From assembly GCF_963921235.1 (NCBI RefSeq), contig NC_086119.1, positions 30,690,001 through 30,754,000 of the forward strand: a stretch of DNA of 64,000 bases, given 5' to 3'. The notes below the pieces were generated by a model, which saw only the letters and a list, made by a program, of their open reading frames with translations, did not search any database and was not told the DNA's origin. Source of the stretch: Mobula hypostoma (taxonomy: Eukaryota). Of this stretch, positions 39,601 through 51,929 are shown piece by piece. Position 1 is the first letter of the stretch; every line of letters starts with the position of its first letter. The translations under genes were made by a program, and so were the position numbers.

Positions 39601-40685
39601 TGGCCGGCTGGTGGTGCAGTGAGATCAGCACCAGACTCCAGAGCGAAGGTTCCCGAGTTCGAATCCAGGTTGGGCCACCCCTGAGCACACTTTCCATCCG
39701 TGCTGGGTTGAGTGTTGAGCTAGCCACTCGGCCTCGTAAAAAAATACAAGCGTCGAGTCAGGAATGTTCATAACATAGAATAGTACGCACAATACAGACC
39801 CTTCAGCCCACAATGTTGTGCCAACCCTCAAACCCTGCCTCCCATATAAGCCCCCACCTTAAATTCCTCCATATACCTGTCTAGTAGTCTCTTAAACTTC
39901 ACTAGTGTATCTGCCTCCACCACTGACTCAGGCAGTGCATTCCACGCACCAACCACTCTCTGAGTAAAAAACCTTCCTCTAATATCCCCCTTGAACTTCC
40001 CACCCCTTACCTTAAAGCCATGTCCTCTCGTATTGAGCAGTGGTGCCCGGGGGAAGAGGCGCTGGCTATCCACTCTATCTATTCCTCTTATTATCTTGTA
40101 CACCTCTATCATGTCTCTTCTCATCCTCCTTCTCCCCAAAGAGTACAGCCCTAGCTCCCTTAATCTTTGACCATAATGCATACTCTCTAAACTAGGCAGC
40201 ATCCTGGTAAATCTCCTCTGTACCCTTTCCAATGCTTCCAGATCCTTCCTATAGTGAGGCGAACAGAACTGGACACAGTACTCCAAGTGTGGCCTAACCA
40301 GAGTTCTATAGAGCTGCATCATTACATCGCGACTCTTAAACTCTCTCCCTCGACTTATGAAAGCTAACACCCCATAAGCTTTCTTAACTACCCTATCCAC
40401 CTGTGAGGCAATTTTCAGGGATCTGTGGACATGTACCCCCAGATCCCTCTGCTCCTCCACACTACCAAGTATCCTGGCCATTTACTTTGTACTCTGCCTT
40501 GGAGTTTGTCCTTCCAAAGTATACCACCTCACACTTCTCTGGGTTGAACTCCATCTGCCACTTCTCAGCCCACTTCTGCATCCTATCAATGTCTCTCTGC
40601 AATCTTTGACAATAATGTTACCCGGTTAATCCTGACACCACGTGCCAGCCAATAATGGCTGAATGTCTGGTACGACACACTTACA
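39601..40685 (+). mobile_element. tRNA-derived SINE (39601-39768 plus about 40620-40685) split by a CR1 insertion
   Basis: A-box-like TGGTGCAGTGAG and B-box GAGTTCGAATCC, followed by a non-tRNA body; resumes after the AATGTT duplication. Confidence 0.65.
39769..40613 (-). mobile_element. Relatively young CR1 LINE 3' fragment with 6-bp TSD (AATGTT)
   Basis: Open 217-aa ORF with EQRDLGV.V, LYRTLVRPHLEYCVQF and ERVQRRFTRM; AATGTT at 39763-39768 and 40614-40619. Confidence 0.9.
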
Positions 40686-43618
40686 AAAGAGATTTTCTAA
40701 TCTCTTAATAAATTTGAGCAATGCAAGATTGAAGTAGAATATCAGTGATCCTTTCAGTTCATCTGAGAGAGCAGGCAAGCGTGGATAAAAATCACATCTG
40801 AAAGTTGACACCACTGACTGAAAATTTTGTGTACTAGTCCTCCAGGTTCAATGGAAAACTCATTATCAACCGAGTCATTACATTTACATGATGTTAGAAA
40901 TATATATCTTTGTACTTTTAGACAAAAAGTTGCATCTATACCTGAGCCAGCCAGAAACTTTGTATGCAGGCATTATTTTTTTAAATTATCATTTTTAGGA
41001 TATAAAGCAAACAATCTGTGTTGACATTGAAAGCAATAAGTGATCGGATGATCTTTTGTGGGATTGATACTAAATCCTGAAATTTGTTACTATTCATTTC
41101 AGTTTAAAATTTTCAGAAATTTGTGCCATTAGAAAGCATTGTACTTATATTCTATTTCCCTGAACTGCTGTAGTCCAAAAGTATAAGGTCACTAATCTCA
41201 GCCATCAGAGCTTTTTTTGTTCCACCTAACCCTCTTCCTCACTTTCTTACTTATTTCTTTTTCTCAGACCTGAAACATTAACTGTGCATAACTTATGTTT
41301 TTCCTGTGAATGCTGCTTATACAAAGCTACATGCCTCTGCATTACATGAAAATAAATTTAACTTTGATTCTCTGCTTTTATTTAACATTTCTAGCAGCTG
41401 AGAGTTTTTTTTTAATTTCATGATTACTTTTGTCCTATTTGTGTTATCTTGATGATAGGGTAATTCATTTACCAGGAATATTTCAACATGCTAAAAGGCA
41501 GTTCACAGTTGGTATTACATAAACTGGAGCTGTTGTCCAGACGTTTTACACCATGGAGTAAATAAGATATATTTTCTTTGAAAAGTTTTGGCCAACTTTT
41601 TTTTGTTAAAAGTGTTTTTGATGTTACAAGTTTTCAGTCTTTGTTTTATGCACCATTCGTGATTGGAAAAAAATATTGTCTTCAAACTTACATCATACCA
41701 CTGTAGACGGTCACAAGATGTAAACATGGAATTTGTTCTGTGGTTTTGCCAGTACTTCCCCTTGACTAAAATGAGGAAATTATATATATATATATATATC
41801 AGAACCATATAAAATTCCACCTCTGAGCAAAATACAAATTCTCAAGAATAAATCTAGAAAACTTCCTCAGACATTCTTCAAAGTACATACCACCTCAAAT
41901 AAGACCAAACCTGATTGCAGTACTTCAGGTTTTATCTCAAAGCCTTGTACAATCATAGTACTTTACTTCTGTGCTTTGTCCCCTTTGTAATAAAAGCCAT
42001 TGCTCCATCTGTATTCCTAATTACTTGATGCATCTGCATACCAACTTTGTTTCATGTTCAAAGACACCTATATCACTCTACAGGAGCACTTTGTAGTCCA
42101 ACTCCATTTAGACAATTTGCTCTTTTCTAGTCTGCCTAGCAATGTATAACTTTACATTCCTTAAATTGTACTGTATACCCTTGCAGATTCTTTGCCCAGC
42201 CCTTACAACCTACTGTACTTTCCCAATTATCATTTTATAGTACACAAATACACCCTTACCATTATCTTGGCCATTAATCCTGATTATAAATAGTTGATGC
42301 ACCAGCACTGATCTTTCTACCACACATCTGACCAACTTGAAATTGATTTATTTATCCCAGCTATTTTCTGTAACTTAGCTGATCCTCAATCTATTCTAAT
42401 ACAGTGTATGCAATATCATGAGTTTTTGCATTGCATTCGCAGAGCCTTCAGCATAGTCAATGACCCGTCTCGTCCATCGTACGTTGGTTTTGACTCCTAC
42501 CGTCAAGTGGAACAAGGACTGTTAGACTGCATAATATCTTCTTCTTCCAGGCCATGAGGCTTCTGAACATGCCACTACCATCCAGTGTACATTATTTATG
42601 ATGGCTTAAGTAGCATTCTACAGTATATCTAACTATATGTAGTAGTTGCGCTTTATGTCAACTTGTATATCCTCTACAAAACTTTTTTGAATTATGTTAT
42701 TATTTTATGTGATATATGCACCGCGCTTAGCACAGAGGAACATTGTTTTGTTTAGCTGTGTACATTTGTACAGTTGAATAATAAACCTGAATATGTGCAG
42801 TAACCTTTTATGTGGCACCTCATCAAATACCTTTTAGAAATCCAAATACACTTAATTTGCTGTTTTCCTTTTCCCACCTTGTTCATTATGCTCTTTAAAA
42901 AAATCAGTCAAATGTGATTTTTCTTTCATGCTGTTTATTAATACAATTTTCTACAACTTGCTAACTACAGATTCTAGCATTTCCTTAATGGTAGTCATTG
43001 CTTCTGCAATATATGTTATGGTCTTCCAAACTCCGGTATGTATATTGTATCCCTACAGCCACCTAGAATACAGGCCATCAGGTCCAAGGGACTTGTCAGA
43101 CTTAAGTCCCATTAGTTTATTTTGCACATATTTTCCGGCAAAAATTATTTCATAAAAATTCCAACCTCCCCTTTCTACCCAAGTTGATTATTAGTTATTG
43201 ACTAATTTTATTTTCTTCCACTCTGAAAATACCTACAAAATATTCATTGAAAGTCTCTACCAGTTATTTTATCTTTATTTCTCTGTCTCAATTTTTACTT
43301 AAGCCCATCAACGGCCCTTTATACACTTGGGTGAAATGCTTGCTCAATAATTTTATATTTCATACTTATTTACTCTTAAGTCTACTTTCTTCCGCTATGC
43401 TTTTCTGCCTTCTAAATTTTGCCCCCACTCTGCTGGCTTACCACTTACAACAGTATACCTTTCAATTGGAGGCAATACTTTCCTTTAAGTAAGCTGCTGA
43501 TGGATCAACCTTTTAAAGAGTTTTTAAGTCAATGGCAAAAATTTCCTTAAAGGTGTACCACTGCTTAGCCACATTACCCGTTACTATATTACCCTGTGCA
43601 CCTTAACCATCTAGACCG

Positions 43619-43624
43619 TTTATT
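43619..43624 (-). terminator. Candidate PIGW polyadenylation signal AATAAA
   Basis: First AATAAA on the - strand, about 50 nt after the PIGW stop codon; usage unverified. Confidence 0.4.
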
Positions 43625-43674
43625 TTCCAGAAATAGAAGTTGAAATAAAGACAATTAAGGATGGATATTGTAAA

Positions 43675-45201
43675 TCACCAGAACTTTAAAGTAATGTCTT
43701 TGATATGCAAAATATATACAAAGGTACAATTGCATAATGTATAAACCAACAGTACAAATAAGGAAATAAATGTGTTGGTATGAATAGTATCTACAGTAAG
43801 ATTCACCAAACCTGTCAAAACATTAGATTGCAGGAAAAACAGTAGTTGGTTTCTGCTTATGGCATCGATAAGACAGAAATGTATCGTGGTTTTATCTACT
43901 TTTTCCACAGCATTGTTTTTGAACAAAGTCCTTTCTTTTCTCTGTCGGGCAGAATCCGGTAAAATGTTCCATGAACATGGCACGTTAGTCATCCCTGACA
44001 GAAATTTGACAAATACCAGCACAAAATCAGCAAGCATTTTCACACTGATAAAAAATAAACTCTGCTCAACTGTCCATATGACGTAACTGAGATTAGCCAA
44101 CCGGCGCGATACCGGTTCTGTGACTACCTCGCACACGTGCAACATTAACAATAACAGCAAAGTGCTCACTGCAAGGCAACCCTGAATTTTTATCCAGTCT
44201 ATTACCAACATCCTCTTCTTCATAATAAAAATGCCAGTCTGAACACCAGCCATGTAAATAGATACATATCCAAACATTGAAAAGAGTCCTTCTCTGTTAG
44301 CATTAATGAACCCATCCCTGGTATCTTTGCCATCACTGCCATGTAATATGAATTGCTTCAAATTTGTTGTTTCAAGGAGTAATTGATAACATATAGCAAT
44401 GCCACATGGCAGAATCCATGATCTTCTGACAGGACATAATATCAAAAGAAAAGATGACAGGATCCTAACTATTGCCAGTGTGAAAAAGAAATTCCAGTGC
44501 AAACCATATTCAGAGATATGCTCATGATAATTCACAGTCTTAACACTAAATAGACGAGCTAATCCCAAGAAAACTAATGGCCAGACTGCTATTATCTGTT
44601 TCACTACAGAAACCAATTTAGAATGTGATACAATTTTGTTCCTCTGTCTTGTTTCAGGAGAAACAAGTGCATTTGAAAATACAAAAGCTGCTGTACCAAA
44701 ATCCATATACCCAGTGCCATATGTTTCAGCTTTAGCAAAACGTCTTGGAAATATTGGAAAGTCCACAGCTAGAATGCAGATGCTAGTCAGTATGTTAACA
44801 TAGACTCGAAACAAGGTGACAAAGGGAATATGATCCATATCCAGACTGGTTTCCAAAAATCCTGCCATGATTTCTTTGAAGTTCTGATGGATACTCCTTT
44901 TTCTCTGACAGTATACCTGAAATATAGATATCACCAAAACAGCTACTAGACCCAGCACTATCCAGTGAAGCACATCCGACAAAACAGTGCAGAAGAATAC
45001 AGGCAGTGCCACCAGTACAACAAAGTCGATCAACAGGAATTTTCTCCACACCGATTCTGTGGCTCCTCCAAAGAAATACATTAAAACCAGTCCTCGATAG
45101 ACGACACATAATGCACATGAAATCAAAGCCACTGAATTCTCAGTCAGAGTAGTACCATTCAGGTTACTGACAAAGGCTTCTTTGTATTCTTTTTGTTTCA
45201 T
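43675..45201 (-). CDS. PIGW: Phosphatidylinositol-glycan biosynthesis class W protein (GPI inositol acyltransferase, Gwt1 family), complete single-exon CDS, 508 aa
   Basis: Uninterrupted hydrophobic ORF with family motifs KEAFVSNLNGTT, ILAVDFPIFPRRFAKAETYGTG.MDFG, EYGLHWNFFFT, NANREG, VSRRLANL and C-terminal KFW. Acceptor ttttttcccAG at 45219-45220, 17 nt before the ATG. Confidence 0.98.
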   Translation of the reverse strand: MKQKEYKEAFVSNLNGTTLTENSVALISCALCVVYRGLVLMYFFGGATESVWRKFLLIDFVVLVALPVFFCTVLSDVLHWIVLGLVAVLVISIFQVYCQRKRSIHQNFKEIMAGFLETSLDMDHIPFVTLFRVYVNILTSICILAVDFPIFPRRFAKAETYGTGYMDFGTAAFVFSNALVSPETRQRNKIVSHSKLVSVVKQIIAVWPLVFLGLARLFSVKTVNYHEHISEYGLHWNFFFTLAIVRILSSFLLILCPVRRSWILPCGIAICYQLLLETTNLKQFILHGSDGKDTRDGFINANREGLFSMFGYVSIYMAGVQTGIFIMKKRMLVIDWIKIQGCLAVSTLLLLLMLHVCEVVTEPVSRRLANLSYVIWTVEQSLFFISVKMLADFVLVFVKFLSGMTNVPCSWNILPDSARQRKERTLFKNNAVEKVDKTTIHFCLIDAISRNQLLFFLQSNVLTGLVNLTVDTIHTNTFISLFVLLVYTLCNCTFVYILHIKDITLKFW

Positions 45202-45999
45202 TTTGGATTATTTTTCACCTGGGAAAAAAATAGAGAATTGATCACTGGAAAACAAACTGGAAATAATATACTTGAACTCTTATCAACACAAATAATTACT
45301 CGTTTGTTCAGTGTTCTGGGAAGTATAAATATTATTAGATCAAGATCTAACATTTTGTTTTGGATATCTATTTTGAAAAACTGTTTGCATCGCGGTCACT
45401 AATTCCTGGCTGAAAAGACATTACCCCTAAACTTCTGACCCCATCACATAAATTTCTAAAAGCCACTTCAACAGTTCAGCTACAGCAGATAAAGCATTCA
45501 ATCTCTAAAATGTTGTTCTGTGATTGTACCACTGACATTAAACTATCAGCTGACAATATACTGGAAGTTCTGTCTGTTTAGTTTGTAATAACCCTAATAC
45601 TTCAATTAAATCAAAGTTTCAATTAGAAACAGATGATAAACGAGAAATGGTTAATGTTTACCTGGATTATAGTACAGAAAGGTCACTGAAGCAATTAAGA
45701 GTTTAGATATCCAGGATGTGTTCTCGGAGTTTGCCTATTTCAGCAAGGCCAGGTGATACCAGGCAGGAAGAATGGAGTGCCAGCCTTTTGATCTTATATT
45801 GGTTGTCTATTATATTTATACTCCCGAGAACTCATATTTTACAATAACAAACAATCTGCCGGAAGAACTCAGCGGGTTTTGTCCGGCCGAGTTCCTCCAG
45901 CTGATTATCTGTTGTTCCAGATTCCAACATCTACAAAACCTCGTGTCTCCCTACTTGTCTTACTGTTGTCCCTCCAGCAGCAATAACTCAGTACCTCAC

Positions 46000-46280
46000 C
46001 TGGACTAAAAGTATCCTTCAGGTGGGTCGGGGCTCAGCAACAAGCTAAGTTTCTCCCCCAGAGTCCTAGACGGGAATGCACCTAAATCATCAATGTAACA
46101 CCCTCGGAGCCGAAAGATGACGATATTTATTTTCACCGGCGTTGTTTACCATCGGCCCAACGCTCACAGTGCGGCTGGGAGTGTACCGGCCACGGTACGG
46201 AACCAAAACCAGCGAGCGCCGCCCCGGATCGGCCGCCGGCCAGCGCGTGGGTGTCAAAGGTGAAGGAATGACGCGGGTTG
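46000..46280 (-). other. PIGW: Candidate non-coding first exon of PIGW (5' boundary unknown); intron 45219-45999
   Basis: Donor CAG|GTGAGG on the - strand at 46000/45999 at the CpG-island edge, pairing with the acceptor at 45219-45220. Human PIGW also has a non-coding exon 1 (recalled). Confidence 0.55.
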
Positions 46281-46620
46281 CCGCCAGATCTCGCGAGATC
46301 GGAGCGGGCGCGTCCTTCAAAGTGGTTTGAACTTGCGAGTGGCGCCGGGAGAGTCGCTCTCGGTCCCGGTCTCGCTCCCGTTCCCGCGTCCACGGGTAGA
46401 TGGGGTTGTGAGATAGTCGACATTGCGGCATGAATGGCCGTCTGTAACACTAACCGAGCCATGGCAGCACGCCAGGTAAGGGGTGGGTGGCTGGGACTGC
46501 TCCCTGTAAACCGTCCGGCCGAGGCACGGAGTTGAGCAGGTTTGACCATCAGGAGGGCGATGTCACCTTCACGTGCGGGGACATTCGCTGCAAATGTGGT
46601 TTTGCAAATATGGACGAACT
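46020..46620. promoter_or_regulatory. Bidirectional CpG-island promoter shared by PIGW (-) and MYO19 (+)
   Basis: CpG-rich segment between the divergent first exons; contains TCTCGCGAGA (BANP/M8-type motif) at 46289-46298. Confidence 0.88.
46461..46475 (+). CDS. MYO19: Myosin XIX coding exon 1 (MAARQ)
   Basis: gccATGG strong Kozak context followed by CAG|GTAAGG. Phase 0 joins ANG... of the next exon, paralleling human MLQQ|VNG. Confidence 0.75.
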
Positions 46621-47954
46621 GCGAAAGATAGAGTGTGAAATAAACACTAGTGACGCTTAAGAATTTGAAATTTCATATCTCGGCTCTCGTTACTGAGCTA
46701 TTTTTAATCATGTTAAAATGTTGATTGTTGCTGATTCCTGAAAGGGGAAACATTTTTTTTGGATGGACGTTACTCTATAACCGGACGTGCCAGTAAATCA
46801 AAACTGAAGCTGCATACCTGTGTTCAGATGAGTAACCTATTAAAATACAAACGAAACACTGAACAGGGGAGCGCCACTTTTTTACTGTACAGTACTAATA
46901 TTTCCAGAATCACTTGTATGTTTGGCCACTGTATGTAAAAAAGACCACACTAAATCAAGCTATTTTAACATTTTAACTATTATAGGCCATATAAGATTCA
47001 AGTTATTAATTTTGGACTGTTTTTAATACTTGATGCACGTATGGCCTTCTTCGCCCTATACCACCATGTATTGATACTTTATTTATGCGCAGACGATTCT
47101 GCCTATTTGCCTTCAAATCCACTTGGCTATTTATACTTAAAGTTACAGTTGTGTAACTAACAAGACAGAAAGTTTGTACACACGGAGCCCTGTGAATATC
47201 AAAAGTATGTAATTTGTTGTGATTCTGACGTCACAAAATTTTATAAAAAAAGCTATTGATTAGCATCTTAGACACTTCTTGGAGAGTATTCAAATTAACT
47301 TTCCTTCCAATTTATAAATGTGGTATAGTAAATGTTTTGTTAGTAGGAACAAAGCATTACTTTTGATCAGCCTAGTGTTCTGTGTTTTCCCACAGCTTTT
47401 CTTTACAGACATTGTTAGACAGTATGGTATTCCTTTAAAACGTCCTGATTTTAAGATTTGTCCCTATCTTTAAGAGGTGTCAGTGGAAAAATATTACCTG
47501 TCATGAAGCATATTTATTTCAGAAGACTGGCATTAAATAAAAATATTGGTGGAATTTAATCATTTTAAATGGCACACTTTGGAGTTATTCACATTTTTTG
47601 TTTTAATGTTTAGTCTCAAGTAATTAATTCTCTTACTTGATAGGGATAATAGTCATAAAATACAATGTGAATTTTCATTTGAAATCCAAACCAACTTTCT
47701 CCCCTTATTCAATATCAAAAACATACAGGACATAATGGCAAGTACAACATCAAATTCTGATGTGATCCTGGCCGTAACTGTTCAGCTTGCTCTCCAGGTT
47801 TGTGCATGAAGAATGACAAACTAGCTGGGTTAAAATGTGAGATTTGGTGCAAATAGAACTATGTTCCTTCAGGAAGAAAGGTGGGAATCTTGAGAATATG
47901 TTTTTAAGAGCAGAAGTTAAATTAAGGTTTTTACTTTCAAAAGTGACTTGTGAT

Positions 47955-48380
47955 CAGAATCCGGTTTAATATCACCAGCATATGTTGTGAAATTTGTTAA
48001 CTTAGTGCAGTGGTACATTGCAATGCATGATAATATAGAAAGAAGTAAATCAATTACAGTAAACATGTATGGATAATAAAATTAGTGCAAAAACAAATAA
48101 TTTTTTTTAAAAGGTGAGGTAGTGTTCATGGGTTCAATGTCAATTCAGAAATTGTATGGCAGAGGGGAAGAAGCCGGTCCTGAATTGCTGAGTGTGTGCC
48201 TTCAGGCTTCTGTACCTCCTTCCTAACGATAACAATGAGATGGGGGCATGTCTTGGGTGATGAGGATCCTTAGTAATGGACGTCACCATTCTGAGGATCG
48301 ATTGAAGATGCCTTGCGTACTAAGGAGGCTAGTACCCATGATGGAGCTGGCTCATTTTACAACTTTCTGTAGCTTCTTTC
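47955..48380 (-). mobile_element. Rex1/Babar-like LINE 3' fragment
   Basis: Homologous to 38575-39030. Confidence 0.75.
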
Positions 48381-50809
48381 ATGTAATCATTGAAACAATA
48401 AAGCTGATTGACTTAATTAACAAAAGACTTAACTAAGTTAAATACTGTCAATTTGATGTTACTTTGATTATGTTTAATTTGCATCAATAAACTTCTATTC
48501 TAAGCCTTAGTTTTGCTTTATATTGAATGGGAGCAGTTATAAAATGTGATGTTTCTGAATGTGCTGTAGGCACATACAGCTTTATACAGTCCAGCAATAT
48601 GGATTCTTGGCATATTAAATATTATATATTAATTTTGACAGTAATAGATCATGTGTAAGGTGTTCATATTTATGGAAAGAATTTTTTCTTAAGATGGTAA
48701 TTAAGACATTAAATTCCTAGTGTACATGGGAATTATGTTTCTCTTTAGCTGAAATGTGAATGGCTTGAATACCTTTCTGACTTTATTTCAGCCATCCTTT
48801 TGTATATGACTTTACAGTAACAGTCACATCATTGAAAAGATTTTTCTCAATACAACTTCCTCTTTCTTAAAGAAAAGTATTATTGTTAGAAGAATTTCAT
48901 TAAAATTATTTCAGATTTGGTCATGGTGTTCTGTTACAGAAATTCCAAGTCAGAAATTAACTCTACCAGCCACAATGCATGCAAATGAAGTTACTGTTCT
49001 GGCTTTTGAATAACATATTAGATACAATATGATATTTAAATTTCAAAATAGCAACTTCTGTGGTGTAACTATTAGTAGCAACTTTTATCTTTTTTTGGGA
49101 TAATGACTAAGATTATTATAAAATAACATGCTTGGTAAAATAATTTTAAGTGACTGTTGGAAAAGTTGTATTCATAGAGCCTTTTTAACATGTAGTAAAA
49201 TATTAAAGCCATTCATTTGGAAAATGATCTAAACTGAAGTTATACTGCTCAGGTATGCAAGTTGTTATGTAATTTGTTTGGAAGCATCCATTCAAGAACT
49301 GAACAGACACCCCACTGCTGACTTTTCTTGTTGAGGAGTGCTGTTACATTTGGAACAATCTAATGGATACTGCAGCCTTTGTGCTTCTGATATTTCGGAA
49401 GTACATTTTTTTTCGTATTTCCCTGAGAAGAAAATGGCATTGTATCATATAATTCAATTGTGTATGCAAATGAATAAGTAGCTCAACCAGTTTTGCCCAG
49501 ATTGAATTATGTTAGCTTTTTCTCATTAAAATTGATATGTGAATGATGGGTGTTACAATTTGGTGTTCTCAAATTGATTTTGAAAATATGCATGCTAGTA
49601 TTTTGTATAGAGTTCTTTTTAATTTTATGTGCTCTGATCTTTGGCTCCTTGCTGGGGCATGATTCCTTGGTTGCTGCTATTTTTATAATGTACTCGTATC
49701 TAAGCAGTTGTACCATGTGATTGGCCTTTATTAGCAGGTTATTTGGGCATGTGATATTGCTCTATGACCTTGTCTGAAGTTCATTCGATAAATTCTTGTA
49801 ATGGTTCTGAGTGGGCAATTGGGAATAATCAAGAGCCTGTCAGTTTATTATTATCAGGTCAACAACTCCATTATTCGTTATAACCAAGCCGTTGCAATAC
49901 AGCCTCCCAAGTTACAGTAAACTAAGTCAGCAAGGAAAGCTATTGAGTCCAAGACCAAATGTGAACTGCTGCTTTTTTTCACTGACTTTTCCTCATTTTT
50001 CATTTGAACTGTTGGGGAGTTAGGGTTACATTTTGAAAGTCAAATCAGAAGAATAGGTTTCAACTGGTGTTAGAATTGCTGAAGAAGCAAAACCAGTAAA
50101 AATGAATTGAAGATGTTGGCCAACGTACAAATTAATAGCTCATTTGAAAATAACATTGAAGGATTACTGAGATGATAAAGATGTGAAAGCAAAGATCAGC
50201 AGATAATTAAAGAATATAAGACATTATGATGAAACCAAATAATTTGTTAGATTGAAGTCTTTGCTCCCTTGTTTATTTTTAAATCCAATAGCTTATAAAT
50301 ATATCAGAAATACCACCGTAGAAATAGGAAGTACAGTGTAATTGGGCAAACCTTTCAGCCTTCTTTAAACTAAAAGACCAAATCTATAACTGAAGAAACT
50401 GTGTTTTGCCTCTTTTAAGAAATATATTTTAAATGCAGCGGTAAGGCCGTGACAGGCAGCAATTACTACTGTTCACTTATAATTGTTCTTCAAAGCTGCT
50501 TGAGCTAACAGAATCCCAGTCTTAACTGCTGAAGTATTCAAATTCTTAAAAAGGAATTTGTACAGTTAGTGAGTCCTGATATTGGAGGCAAGACAGAATC
50601 TGACTATTTCTGGAACAAAATTATTTTAAAAGGAGGCATTCTCCAAGTAGAAAATGCACCTGCACATTCATCAGGGGTGTACTGTGGAGAAATGCAGAGC
50701 TTGTTCACACCTGAGAACACTAACTTCAATAATATCAATCAGCCCAAAGCATAATAAGAGCATCAAATATTTTCACTAACGGCGTTTGAATTGTCTTTGT
50801 GATGTACAT

Positions 50810-51206
50810 ACAATGAGCGGTGTCTCAGAAAGGCAGCATCCATTATTAAGGACCTCCAGCACCTAGAGCATGCCCTTTTTTCACTGTTACCATCAGGCAG
50901 GAGGTACAGAAGCCTGAAGGCACACACTCAGCGATTCAGGAACAACTTCTTCCCCTCTGCCATCCAATTCCTAAATGGACACAGAACCCTTGGACACTAC
51001 CTCACTTTTTAAATATATATTATTTCTGGGGGTTTTTTTGCATGATTTTTAATCTATTCAATATACATATACTGTAATTGATTTACTTATTTACTCATCT
51101 ATTTATTATATTTTTTTCTTCTATATTATGTATTGCGTTCAACTGCTGCTGCCAAGTTAAAAAATTTCACGACACATGCCGGTGATAATAAAACTGATTC
51201 TGATTC
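50810..51206 (+). mobile_element. Rex1/Babar-like LINE 3' fragment
   Basis: Encodes HALFSLLPSGRRYRSLKAHTQRFRNNFFP; tail CTGATTCTGATT. Confidence 0.8.
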
Positions 51207-51929
51207 AATGCAGTTCAAATGAACATTAAGAATGTTTTGTATTTAGTTCCAAAATGTAGAATCAATTAGTAGTTTCAAGTACAGTTAATAAAATAAATTT
51301 GAGCAACAGGTATTGCAGCAAACAGGTTAGCTATACATAATTGACCAATGGGAGTATTGAGAAAATGTTAGAACAGTACAGATTAATTTAAACTGTGTAT
51401 TGAGCAAAAGAAGGTTCCAAACAAGACTTGATGTGTGTCAAATGACTCTCTGCACTATATTGTGCAAGATGAAGATCCCATTGTTACAGAAAGGTTTAAT
51501 TGGTAATGCTGTGACCATGATGGAAAAAATATATGGGTCCAGCAAAGAGCAAAATCAATGGGATTCTTTGTAACTGACATTTCTACTACACTCATGCATA
51601 CTTGGACTTAAGGCAGTGTTTTTATTTCCTGTTGGGCTGTTTGCATGGGTGGTGGTGATATTGGGCAAGATGTTATTAAGCCTATGATTTGTGGGATGTG
51701 GCTAAGAACCTAGGAAGTGATAGAGGTAGGGTTGAAGAGTTTGGTTAATGTCAAAGGAAAGTAAAAGATTGTATATCTGGAGGAAGATGGAGCATTACAG
51801 ACAAGTGTTCTTATCGGTTTTATGCAGTAGAATTTTTTTTGCATGTGTCATTAATCAAGAACACTTTTTGACTAGTGATTTTTGGATCAGCTGCAATTTG
51901 GAATGAAAGGCCAACAAAAGGGACATGGA

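Noticed and set aside
39601-39675. tRNA gene
   Set aside because: A and B boxes are present, but there is no convincing cloverleaf and it runs into a SINE body.
46090-46549. ORFs across the bidirectional promoter
   Set aside because: GC-rich artefacts with no recognisable protein.
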